A stretch of DNA of 64,000 nt from Dendrobates tinctorius (Eukaryota): positions 73,470,001 through 73,534,000 of the forward strand of contig NW_027361687.1 in assembly GCF_039654945.1 (NCBI RefSeq). The letters run 5' to 3'. The position numbers and the translations under genes are program-made. Positions within the stretch are counted from its first letter, which is position 1; every line of letters begins with the position of its first letter. Below are positions 1 through 11,224 of the stretch, piece after piece. The notes beneath the pieces are model-generated. The model saw nothing but the letters and a program-made list of their open reading frames with translations. It was not told where the DNA came from and ran no database searches.

Positions 1-165
1 ACCTTTGTGCAATGACGTGCAATCCATACTGGGCCTAACACCGTCTGAGCCTGCCTCATGCTGTATAGACATATATTTTGAATGTGTACGCTATCCATAC
101 ATGTTATCCAGGGATACGGTACCCTTTCTAACCTTTGTGCAATCACGTGCAATCCATACTGGGCG
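1..165. repeat. Short direct duplication, 130-bp spacing
   Basis: ACCTTTGTGCAAT(G/C)ACGTGCAATCCATACTGGGC occurs at 1 and at 131. Confidence 0.6.
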
Positions 166-254
166 TGAGAACGGCTGGCGAGCTGTTAAGCAAGCTACAG
201 CACCTGTCCAGACAAGTACAGGGATTCCCTAGCGAGGAGACTTATTTGATTGTT

Positions 255-698
255 TTCTATGTTGGGACAGCAATTTTTGGGGAGCACTATACTCTGGAGA
301 ATGATAGATGGGGCCCACCATACACTGGAACATTCCAAAGGTGGACATCAGACACTGGAGCAGCATTTACAGGGACCATTATACACTAGAGCATTAGAAA
401 TGGGGCCCATTATGTTTGGAGCATTATTTGGGCCCATAAGACAGTGGAGCTTCATCCATGGGGACCAACATATACTGTAGCATTATGTGGAGCTCATCAT
501 ATACTGTTTCAAACATTATATGGGACCAATGATTTTGTATGGAGAAATAGATGGGCCTCGTCATGAGATGTAAAAAGTGAGGTATTTTTCATTGTACTAT
601 ACCGCTATTTCTCTGCCGTATCGGAGCATGATGAGTTGTGGTATGTGTTAAAGGGGCGCTCTTTCGCCCAGGGCACATGAAAACCTGCAGCCAGCCCT
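255..698. mobile_element. Degenerate non-autonomous DNA transposon end (hAT-like MITE) with internal ~30-bp tandem repeats
   Basis: Degenerate units like GGAGCATTATNTGGGGCCCATNATATACT. Ends in GCAGCCAGCCCT, which resembles a CAGGGCCGGC-type hAT TIR. No TSD visible. Confidence 0.35.
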
Positions 699-699
699 C

Positions 700-1010
700 C
701 CCCCCCACAAATTTAGCCAAATAACCCCCATTTTTCAGTGCGTAACTTGTATTATGAAGTTAATTAAGGTTGACAAGCTTAAGTAAGAAGAATTGATGCT
801 TTTGGCATTCAAATGGGCAATGTAGGTGTGTTTCCTGTCCTCCTCTCACTGCCGACTTTTATTCCCCATTGACTTACATTGGGTTTCGTGTTTCGGGACG
901 ACCCCGACTTTTCCCTATAATCGGACGATCTTGCTCGACCCGACTTTTGGAAAAGTCGGGTTTCACGAAACGAAACGCGACCCTAAAAAACCAAAAGTCG
1001 CTCAACTCTA
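700..1010. mobile_element. hAT-type non-autonomous element, one terminus
   Basis: Ends ...AAAAGTCGCTCAACTCTA (rc TAGAGTTGAGCGA), the same TIR class as the TSD-validated element at 59393-60796. Subterminal CCCGACTTTT repeats. Abuts the Helitron helicase codons. Confidence 0.6.
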
Positions 1011-1235
1011 GCTATGACCATTAACAAATCCCAAGGACAGACCCTCAATCGAGTTGGCATTTTTTTGCCCGAACCTGTATTTGCCCATGGACAATTGTAT
1101 GTTGCATTCTCCCGAGTAAAGCAACGCAGCAACGTTAGGGTCAAAGTGGTGGATACACCACTTCAAGGACAATTGCTACCTAATAGCCCAAAAATCTTCA
1201 CTAGAAATGTCGTTTACAAAAATGTCTTACTTTAA
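1011..1235 (+). pseudogene. Helitron RepHel C-terminal fragment (PIF1-family helicase motifs V/VI)
   Basis: AMTINKSQGQTL...VFAHGQLYVAFSRV...TRNVVYKNVL* is the typical C-terminus of Helitron PIF1-like helicases. It is 5'-truncated at the hAT terminus. Confidence 0.9.
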
Positions 1236-1699
1236 ACTATTTAAGTTGGTCCTGGAATTGATAGATATATAGATATATAAATAATAGTTACATTCTAAAT
1301 AGATATAGATAATAGACTTCTAAGACTTCTATACATAGCTTGATATATGTTATATATATAAATATTTTAAGCAGATAGATATATCTTACACTAATTATCT
1401 CTTTCACATATATGTCATAGACATATTTAAATCCATAAAAATATACATAGGTATAGGTATATATAGATTAAAAAAAAAAAGGCAAAATCAAAAAAAATTT
1501 AGGCAAACATACGTAGATTTCAACTACATAGCTAACACATACCTACATAACTTAGGTAATAATAATTAATTTTTTATTTATTAATAGAGTACTATTATTT
1601 CAATAGCACTTTACATACCGTACATCAGTAATACTGTCCTTCTTGAGGCTCACTATGTAAATATCTTATCCACATAAAAACATAGGTGTGATACATCTA

Positions 1700-3577
1700 T
1701 CTACTATAATAAATGCGCTAAGCAGCTTCCGGGTTGTAACAACTTCCGTCCAGTTGTAACTGGTGATGTCACAGCACACCTCTTGCCATGTTAACCCTCA
1801 ACACACCACTCCTCCTCAACACACACTCCTGTCACCTTTCACTATCTCCACTAACGTCCAGTCGCAGGATTTTAGAATACTCAAGATGGCGTGGCCGCAA
1901 GAACATGTCGCCGGCGTGGACAACGTCGGGATTTAGGATGGCGCCGGTGGAAGAAGATGTCGGGGATCGTGGAGCAGCGATGATGATGGTGTGAGTATGA
2001 GAGACGGAGTGAGAGAAAGGGTCGTATGTGGAGTGAAAGAGTGAGTGGAGATGGTGAAAGGTGAGAGGAGTGTGTGTTGAGGCGGTGTGGTGTGTTCAGG
2101 AGGAGTGTGTGTTGAGGGTTCACATGGCAAGAGATGTGTCACTATCCTCCCGATGCGATAGCATCGGGCCTTAATCTACTATAATAAATGCGCTAAGCAG
2201 CTTCCAGGTTGTAACAACTTCCGTCCAGTTGTAACTGGTGACGTCACAGCACACCACTTGCCATGTTAACCCTCAACACACCACTCCTCAACACACACTC
2301 CTCTCACCTTTCACTATCTCCACTAATGTCCACTCGCAGGATTTGAGAATACTCAAGATGGCTTGGCCGCAAGAACATGTCGCCGGCGTGGACAACGTCG
2401 GGATCAAGGATGGCGCCGGTGGAAGAAGATGTCAGGGAACGTGGAGCAGCGATGATGACGGTGTGAGTATGAGAGACAGAGTGAGAGAAAGGGTCGTATG
2501 TGGAGTGAAAGAGTGAGTGGACGTGAGTGGAGATGGTGAAAGGTGAGAGGAGTGTGTGTTGAGGCGGTGTGGTGTGTTCAGGAGGAGTGTGTGTTGAGGG
2601 TTCACATGGCAAGAGGTGTGTCACTATCCTCCCGATGCGATAGCATCGGGCCTTAATCTCCTATAAAAATGCCCTAAGCAGCTTCCGGTTGCAACAACTT
2701 CCGTCCAGTTGTAACCGGTGACGTCACCGCACATCTCTTTCCATGTTAACCCTCAACACACACACTCCTCTCACCTTTAACAATCTCCACTCACGTCCAC
2801 TCACTCTTTCACTCCACATACGACCCTTTCTCTCACTCCGTCTCTCACACTCACGCCGTCATCGCCGCTGATCCACGATCCCCGACATCTTCCGCCGGCG
2901 CCATCCTGGATCCAGACGTCCTCCACGCCGGCGACATGTTCTTGTGGCGACGCCATTTTGGATCGGCGAAATCCCGCGATAGTCAAGATGGCGTCGCCAC
3001 AAGAACATGTCGCCGGCGTGGAGGACATCGGGATCCAAAATGGCGTCGACGCCATTTTGGATCCCGACGGCATCCACGCCGGCGACATGTTCCTGCGGCG
3101 ATGCTATTTTGGATCGGCGAAATCCCGCGATACTCAAGATGGCGTTGCCACAAGAACATGTCGCAGGCGAGGACGACGTCGGGATCCAAAATGGCGTCGG
3201 CGAAAACTCGCGAGATTTCGCCGACGCCATTTTGGATCCCGACGTCATCCACGCCGGCGACATGTTCTTCCGGCGACGCCATCTTGAGTATCGCGGGATT
3301 TCACGATACTCAAGATGGCGTCGCCGCAAGAACATGTCGCCGGCGTGGACAACGTCTGGATCCAGGATGGCGCCGGCGGAAGATGTCGGGGATCGTGGAG
3401 CAGCGGCGATGACGGCGTGAGTATGAGAGACGGAGTGAGAGAAGGGGTCGTATGTGGAGTGAAAGAGTGAGTGGAGATGGTGAAAGGTGAGAGGAGTGTG
3501 TGTGTTGAGGGTTAACATGGCAAGAGGTGTGATGCTATCGCATCCTCCCGATGCGACAGCATCGGGCCATAATCTAG
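1700..3577 (+). mobile_element. Tandem array of three non-autonomous Helitrons (1700-2174, 2175-2656, 2657-3577)
   Basis: Each unit starts TCT(A/C)CTATAA after an A and ends with the hairpin CCCGATGC-GA(T/C)A-GCATCGGG. The last unit ends CTAG (3574-3577) followed by T, giving A|TC...CTAG|T with no TSD. Confidence 0.85.
2730..3531. repeat. Long imperfect palindrome with alternating ~62-bp CpG-rich modules
   Basis: Arms of ~230 bp (2730-2960 vs 3311-3531) are reverse complements. Six copies of the module CAAGATGGCGTCGCC...GAACATGTCGCCGGCGTGGA...GGATCCAAAATGGCG lie in alternating orientation. Confidence 0.9.
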
Positions 3578-3769
3578 TAGTACTATAAGCACAAGAAGTG
3601 CCCGCACAAATAATAACACATAATATATGATAAAATTAAAATTAAATTGTATTATACCATATCACATAGATAATAGATCACCTCACCAGGAATAGAATAG
3701 CAATAATTAAATACTGTAAAAATATTAAAAGGTAGAGTACCCGTATTCACAGCCATTTTGGATAGAAGC

Positions 3770-4440
3770 AGCGGAGGGGGAGTAATTTAATCTAGAAAAA
3801 AAACACTTTTTTGGAGTATTCTATAACACTAAAATGTACCGCAAAGTACATAATACTCAATGGATCACACAATATATTCAATATATATTTTTAAATGGAC
3901 TGTACAGCCCTAATCCCTGTCTCTAGACTGAATTCTGTCACTCTCCCTGTTTCTGTGACTCCCCGTCCCTAGGCTAAATGCAGATTGTATGTGATACAAA
4001 CGATTAGCCCTTACAAGGACTGTTAGTGTGATGGCCCAGCTTCAGCACTAGTATGAACGGTACAGGCCTCTGATTCTTTATACTGTGCGCACACAGGCCT
4101 AGACAATCACTCTCTCCCTCCCTTACAAAGTGTCACAGAGCTGTGCAGTGGGGTCAGTAGTATGCCGAGCCAGGCGGCGCCTGTTCTTTTATAACCCCTG
4201 ATGATGTCACACAGCCAGCCAGTCACAGTAATGCCACAACCAAGATGGCTACAGCATCATCAGTGATGTGCAGGCAATCAGCGCCTTCTTATTGGCTGTG
4301 TAACAGGCGCCAAAAATTCGGGGCGGGAATTTGAGTTTTACATCGAGCAATGCCAAATGCTCGCTGATTAACGAGTACATCCGAGCACCGTGATACTCGA
4401 GTGACAACCAAGTATCACCGAGCATGTTCACTCATCCCTA
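3770..4440. mobile_element. hAT-type non-autonomous remnant, one terminus
   Basis: Ends GTTCACTCATCCCTA (rc TAGGGATGAGTGAAC) with subterminal CGAG/CTCG repeats like those at 22440-22541. The left boundary is approximate. Confidence 0.55.
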
Positions 4441-7311
4441 ATGGTAACCAACAGCCTGTTCCTCACATACTAATGTTCTTCACTGTTGTGGAGTCTCACA
4501 CTATCTGTACAGTTTCTTCAGCATTGGCTTTCTTTCCCCATCGCTATGAGCGGTGATGTCCTCTTACTATTCAGATTCACTATGAAATGGCTGCTGCAAT
4601 TCCTGCATTTTGCTTTTATACTGTCTCTGATAGTTACTCCTGTTTGGCTGCACTTTTTGTCATATTTTTTACATTCTTCATGGCCATCCTTTCTGGACTA
4701 TCCAATTTCTAGGGCATCGTAAATGATGTCATGTACATGGGAGACCAGTTAGAATTCATTAGATGCCACTAGGAGACTGGAGTGGGTAACATGGAGGTAA
4801 AGTGGTGCAGCTAGTTTTGCATACTGAAAGTTGTGGACAATGAGAGCCTTAAACTGCAAATGTACAGACAGTGGTCCATATCCTGGGGAAATTTCAAAAA
4901 AGTATTTGGGGGACGCTGCATAAAGGTATTATAATTGGGGGCACCTCTTTAAAAAATCACATGTGTAAAAAAAAAAAATACAAAAAAAAACTTTAAGGGA
5001 GTTTGGGACTTTCGAGAGAATTATTAAAATTATTTAATTGCTTCACAAAGGGAAATTAAGCAACTTTTTAAACACTTTCTACACTTGTTACACAAGTATA
5101 AGATCACCTGCTCCTGGCTCTGACAGTTGTCTGTGCTCTTCCCCCTCCCTTCTCTCAGTATTAGAAATAATAGCAAGGAGGCAATTGTATACATATCTTC
5201 ATAATATGGAAAGGGGAGAAAGTTTCTACAGTCTCCAGGAGGGTAGAGAAAAGAGTCTATAAAGAAGGAAGCACATGAAATCTAAATATAGGCAGCACTG
5301 GTAGCTCAGGGGTTAGGAGTGTGAACCCCAATGAGAACAATGATGAGATTTCATGTAAAGCAATGTGGAATATGATAAAATAGGTAAAATAAAAAAAAAT
5401 ACAAAACTAAGATGAATAAAGTGCAGGATAAAAGCTGTGCTGATATACAGTCATTACTGAAAGTGTTGGCATCCTAGAAATTGTCCCAGAAAATTATTGC
5501 AATTACACGTTTTGTTATGCACATGTCTATTTCCTTTGTGTATATTGGAACAACACAAAAAAAGAGAAAAAAGGCAAATTTACATAATTTCACACAAATA
5601 CCCACAAATAGTCCTGACAAATTTGTTAGCACTTTTCCAAAATTGTGGGTAAACAAGCTTGCTTCAAGCATGTGGTGCTCGTTCACCTGTGTCAAATAAC
5701 ATGTGTGGGCATATATGAAAATCACACCTGGAACCCGATAAAATGGGGAGAAGTTGACTCAATTTTTGTATTGTGTGTCGGGGTGTGCCACATTAAGCAT
5801 TGAGAACAGAAAGAGGAGAAGAGAACTGTCGGAGGACTTGAGAACCAAAATTGTTGATCAATAGCAAGAATCTTAACCCCTTTCTGCCATGTGACGTACT
5901 ATCCCGTCCATGTGCCCTGGGACTTAATTCCCAGGGATGGGATAGTACGTCACCGCGATCAACGGCGCTCACAGAGTGAGTGCTGCTGATCGCGGCCGGG
6001 TGTCAGCTGATTATCACAGCTGACACCCGGCATTATGTGTCAGGGGCGGTCACGGACCACCCCCGACACGTTAACCTCTTTCACACTGCGATCAAGCATG
6101 ATCGCGGTGTACCGGGGGTTAAAGGGAAGCATCGGCAGGGAGGGGGCTCCCTCCGTGCTTCCCTGAGCCCCCCACAGCAGCGCAATGTGCAGCGCTGCTG
6201 CGGGGGTCTCCTTCCCTGCAGGTCCCCGGATCCAACATGGCGACGGTGACCTTCGGGGGCCTGCAGGGAGCTAGCTTCCTCAGTGCCTGCAAAGCGCAGG
6301 CATGAGGAAGTCTGCTTCAATGCCTGTGACAGATCGCTGATCTGTCACAGCGATCTGTGATGTGACAGATCAGCGATCTGTCACATGACAGTGATGTCCC
6401 CCCTGGGACAATGTAATAAAGTTAAAAATAAAAAGTGTAAAAATAATTTTAAAAAAATCGCTAAATAAATAAAAAAAAAAAAATATTCCCTAATAAATTC
6501 ATTTCTTGGAAATAAAAAAAAGTACACATATTTGGTATCGCCACGTCCGTAACGACCCGCCCTATAAAACTGTCCTATTAGTTAACCCCTTTAGTCAACC
6601 ACTTAAAAAATAAAATTAAAAAACGAAGCAAAAAATAATGATTTATTATCAAACCGCCGAACAAAAAGTGCAATAACGCGCGATCAAAAAGACGCATATA
6701 AATATCCATGGTACCGCTGAAAACATCATCTTGTCCTGCAAAAAACAAGCTGCCACACAGCGTCATCAGCAAAAAAATAAAAAAGTTATAGCTCGCAGAA
6801 TAAAGCGATGCAAAAATAATTATTTTTTATATAAAATTGTTTTCATTGCATAAAAGCGCCAAAACATAAAAAACGACATAAATGAGGTATCGCTGTAACC
6901 GTACTGACCCGAAGAATAAAACCGCTTTATCAATTTTACCGCACGCAGAACGGTGTAAACGCACCCCAAAAAGAAATTCATGAAACGCTGGTTTTTGTTC
7001 ATTCTGCGTCCCAAAAATCGGAATAAAAAGTGATTAAAAATTGTCACTTGCCCGAAAATGATACCAATAAAAACGTCAACTCGTCCCGCAAAAAATAAGA
7101 CCTCACATGACTCGGTGGGTCAAAATACGGAAAAATTATAGCTCTCAATATGTTGTGATGCAAAAACTAATTTTGCAATAAAAAGCGTCTTTTAGCGTGC
7201 GACAGCTGCCAAAAATAAAAACCGCCATAAATAGTAAATCAAACCCCCAGTTATCACCCGCTTAGTTAGGGAAAAGAAATAAAATAAAAATGTATTTCCA
7301 TTCTCCCATTA

Positions 7312-7380
7312 GCGTTAGGGCTAGGGCTAGAGTTAAGGCTGAGATTAGGGTTAGGGGTGTATTGGGGTTAGGGTTGGAGT
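7312..7380 (+). repeat. Degenerate telomere-like hexamer tract (TTAGGG/CTAGGG)
   Basis: GTTAGGGCTAGGGCTAGAGTTAAGGCTGAGATTAGGGTTAGGGG...GTTAGGGTTGGAG. Confidence 0.7.
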
Positions 7381-7387
7381 TATAATT

Positions 7388-8920
7388 GGGGGGTTTCCAC
7401 TGTTTGGGTACATCAGGGGCTCTCCAAATGCAACATGGCGTCTGATCTCAATTCCACCCAATTCTGAGTTGAAAAAGTCAAATGGTGCTCCTTCCCTTCC
7501 AAGCACTTCCATGCACCCAAACAGTGTTTTACCCCCACGTATGGGGTATCAGCATACTCAGGACAAAATGCAAAACAATATTTGGCATCTAATTTCTCCT
7601 GTTACCCTTAGCAAAATAAAAAATTGGGGGCAGAAATATCATTTTTGTGGAAAAAAATATGATTTTTTTTATTTTCACGCCCGGGCGTTATAAACTTTTG
7701 TGAAGCACTTGGGGGTTCAAAGTGCTCACCACACATCTAGATAAGTTCCGTGGGGGGTCTAGTTTCCAAAATGGGGTCACTTGTGGGGAGTTTCAACAGT
7801 TTAGGTACATCAGGGGCTCTCCAAAGGCAACATGACACCCGCAGACCATTCCATCAAAGTCTGCATTCCAAAACGTCACTACTTCCCTCCTGAGCCCCGA
7901 CGTGTGCCGATACAGTAGTTTTCTCCCACATATGGGGTATCAGCGTACTCAGGACAAATTGGACAACAACTTTTGGGGTCCAATTTCTCTTGGTACCCTT
8001 GGGAAAAAAAAATTGGGGACTAAAAGGTCATGTTTGTGGAAAAAATACGATTTTTTTATTTTCACCCCCAGGCATTATAAACTTCTGTGAAGCAGTCGGG
8101 GGTTCAAAGTGCTCACCACACATCTAATTACATTCCTAGGGGAGTCTAGTTTCCAAAAAGGAGTCATTTGTGGGGGGTTTCCACTGTTTTGGTACAACAG
8201 GGGCTTTCCAAACGCGACATGGTGTCCGATCTCAATTTCAGCCAAAAACGTCAAATGGCGCTGCTTCCCTTCCGAGCTCTGCCATGCGCACAAATAGTCG
8301 TCTACACCCACATATGGGGTATCAGCGTACTCAGGACAAATTGCACAATAACATTTAGGGTCCTGTTACCCTTGGAAAAATAAGAATTGAGGGTGAAAAG
8401 ATCATTTTGTGGAAAAAATATGATTTTTTTAATTGTAAGGCTGTACGTTATAAACTTCTGTGAAGCCCTTGTGAGTTCAAAGTTCTCACTACATATGTAG
8501 ATAAGTTCCTTGGGGGGTCTAGTTTCCAAAATGGGGTCACTTGTGGGGAGTTTCCACTGTTTAGGTACATCAGGGGCTCTCCAAACGTGACATGGCGTCC
8601 GATCTGAATTCCAGCCAATTTTGCATTGAAAAAGTCAAACGGCGCTCCTTCCCTTCTGAGCTCTGCCATGCCATACCTGAAATGTGGTTCCCCCCATATA
8701 TCAGGTATCAGCGTACTCAGGACAAATTGCACAATAACTTTTGCAGTCCAATTTCTCCTTTTACCCTTGGTAAAATAAAAAAAATTTTGAAGTTTTTTTT
8801 TTGTGAAAAAAAGTTAAATGTTCATTTTTTTTTTAAATATTCAAAAAACTCCTGTGAAGCACCTGAAGGGTTAATAAACTTCTTGAATGTGGTTTTGAGC
8901 ACCTTAAGGGGTGCAGTTTT
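7388..8920 (+). repeat. Tandem repeat of ~375-400-bp unit, about 4 copies
   Basis: GGGG(G/A)GTTTCCACTGTTT..GTACA..AGGGGCT anchor at about 7390, 7785, 8172 and 8545. TATGGGGTATCAGC..ACTCAGGACAAA recurs in each unit. Confidence 0.85.
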
Positions 8921-10075
8921 TAGAATGGTGTCACTTTTTGGTATTTTCTATCATATAGACCCCTCAAAGTGGCTTCAAATGTGATGTGGTCCGTAAAAAT
9001 AAAATGGTGTTGCAAAAATGAGAAATCGCTGGTCATCTTTTAACCCTTATAACTTCCTAACAAAAAAAAATTTTGGTTCCAACATTGTGCTGATGTAAAG
9101 TAAACATGTGGAAAATGTTACTAATTACGTTTTTTGTGTGCTGTATCTCTGTAATTTAAGGGCATAAAAATTCAAAGTTGGAAAATTGTGAAATTTTCAC
9201 ATTTTTGCCAAATTTCCGTTTTTTTCACAAATAAACGCAAGTTATATGAATGAAATTTTACCACTAACATGAAGTAAAATGTGTTGCGAGAAAAAATGTC
9301 AGAATCACCAGGATCCATGGAAGCGTTTCAGAGTTATTACCTCATAAAGTGGTCAGAATTGTAAAAATTGGCCCGGTCATGAACGTGCAAATATCCCTTG
9401 GGGGTTAACGGGTTAAGGTTACAAGTTCATCTCCAGAGATTTTGATGTTTCCTTGTCCACAGTGTGCAACATAATCAAGACGTTTACAACCCATGGCACT
9501 GTAGATAATCTCCCTAGACATGGACGGTAGAGAAAAATTGATGGAAGTGTCCGATGCAGGATAGTCCGGATGATGGATAAGCAGCCCTGTTCTGCCTTCC
9601 TCCACGTATGATGCTATGTGGATTTCAGCATACGGCTAAACCCTCGTCCAGTTCCCAGTAAACAGATTATTGATTCTTAAGTCTATATTTATTGAGGTGA
9701 TGATATGAACGGTGTGTCAGTACTGGCAAGTCACACAAACAACAGCATGATACAGGGTGCAATTGACATCAGTACCTGAGACATTACAGAAACCAAACAG
9801 TAACAGCATAATACAGAGATGCAGTAATCATAACTATCAGTTCATGCTGCTAGCACTATTTTACTCTATATAGAAATGCATCTATCTGTATGCAGTGCAA
9901 ATAGCATAATGACTAGTGGTAGTGCGTACCAGAGACTGATTTGTGTTTATATCCCCTCCTGGTCCGCCGCCTGGTTCGCTTTCTGCTGATGATAAAAAAT
10001 CACTCCCAGAAGTGTAGTCAACTCCCCATGAATGTTCCTGTGGCATCCCAGTGTTCTTTTGGACCCGCGACACCT

Positions 10076-10960
10076 GACTTTTTTTCTTTTTCCCTGTCAT
10101 CATATACAGGCGCTGTGACGCCTGTTGATCTACTCTGCGCGGGCGCACTGATTCCGTGCTTCCTGTGTTAATACAGGAGCGTCCTACGCCTCATTGTTTC
10201 TGCTATACAGAATGGTCATGCGCAATTCATTCTAATTGTTTATGCGCAATGACGTCTTCATGCCCCACATGACATGGGTTTCCTACTACACCCACTGTGA
10301 TTACAGCAGTCATGTGCGGTACATCTCTTGGTATCCTGGCCCTGGGCTGTGGGTGTGCCACACACCGGTGGGTTATTAAATAATTATTTTCATTGTATTT
10401 AAGGTCGATTGGCCATAATGTGTTTCAGTTCCCCTGACGAAGCCTCACTTGAGGGGGCGATACGCGTGGGGCTACATCTGCGGTCCACTTAGACCCTTGG
10501 GAGCAGTGGGTTCCTGACTCTCTCCTGGTAATATGCTGACACTGGGGTTTTTTTGGAAGGTGTCTTCATTGTTTGAGCTTTCCTACTGGGTTCATATTGT
10601 CCACCGGTTATTAGACTGGTGAGACAGTTTGTATTTTTCCTTGATCTCCCCTTGGGATCATTCTCCCTTTGGGATTATTATTCTATCAAGCCTTCCAGGT
10701 CCTATTGGACTGGTTACATTTATATGTATTGCTTTAGCCTCATGAGCCGCTAGGAGAGGGGTTATTTGGGGGTCTTTTACTGTCTACTCTCATGCATGGG
10801 AGTCATTATTGAATCAATTTTTCTCTGTGGACAGTTCTATGTTTTTAAGTGTGTTTTAATTGTAATTGTGTGCCAATAAAATTGTTTTGATTTATATTTT
10901 CTATATATATTTTTCTGTGGTGTGCATTATTCCAGTAGTGCTTTTTTCTTCTTTAGTTAT
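10076..10960 (+). repeat. 5' pseudo-LTR of the Penelope-like element
   Basis: Colinear with 17263-18090 plus 18866-18926. AATAAA near 10876. Confidence 0.9.
10431..10471 (+). ncRNA. Minimal type-I hammerhead-ribozyme-like motif with variant core
   Basis: CCC-CTGACGA-A-GCCTCACTTGAGGGGGC-GATA-CGCG-TG-GGG: CUGANGA box, stem II, palindromic CGCG in place of stem III, and CCC/GGG stem I. It lies in a PLE pLTR, where such motifs are known. Confidence 0.7.
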
Positions 10961-11224
10961 GGTCTTTGTTGACTACTTGGTTGCACCCCTATATTACACA
11001 TATATTCATTTATATAATGCGGTGCGCCAAAATACTTTTTCTCTTTGCATATGGTTTCTTGGTCCATCTCTTTTGATGGGTTTTCTCTTACGGCTGCACG
11101 CTTCCTATTAAGGAAAAAGTTTTATGTGCTAAATTATGCATGTGCTATTTATTTTATACATATATTCTTTTCTTTTTTTGTGATTCTTTTTTGCCCATCG
11201 GTGTGCTTCACTTAGCAGCTTATC

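Larger units (their letters stand above)
5877..9412 (+). mobile_element. Non-autonomous piggyBac-type (TTAA) element with internal satellite
   Basis: TTAA at 5873-5876 and 9413-9416, with termini CCCCTTT... and ...GGG. Removing it restores the Tc1 sequence. No transposase found. Confidence 0.8.
5448..9587 (+). mobile_element. Degenerate Tc1-like element, 5' half, split by a TTAA element
   Basis: TA|CAGTCATTACTGAAAGTGTTGGCA TIR. Transposase N-terminus (ENRKRRRELSEDLRTKIV, ~5799-5872) resumes at 9417 (GYKFISRD...HGTVDNLPRHGR) after the TTAA duplication. Truncated near 9587. Confidence 0.8.

Noticed and set aside
2890-3372. CRISPR-like or integron-like array
   Set aside because: Modules alternate in orientation without unique spacers, no cas or integrase gene is present, and the context is eukaryotic.
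2801-3518. Overlapping 95-219-aa ORFs on both strands
   Set aside because: By-products of a GC-rich palindromic repeat; the same peptides recur on both strands and show no domain.
9588-9915. Possible LTR fragment truncating the Tc1
   Set aside because: Only a TG start and a minus-strand AATAAA; no second end or TSD.
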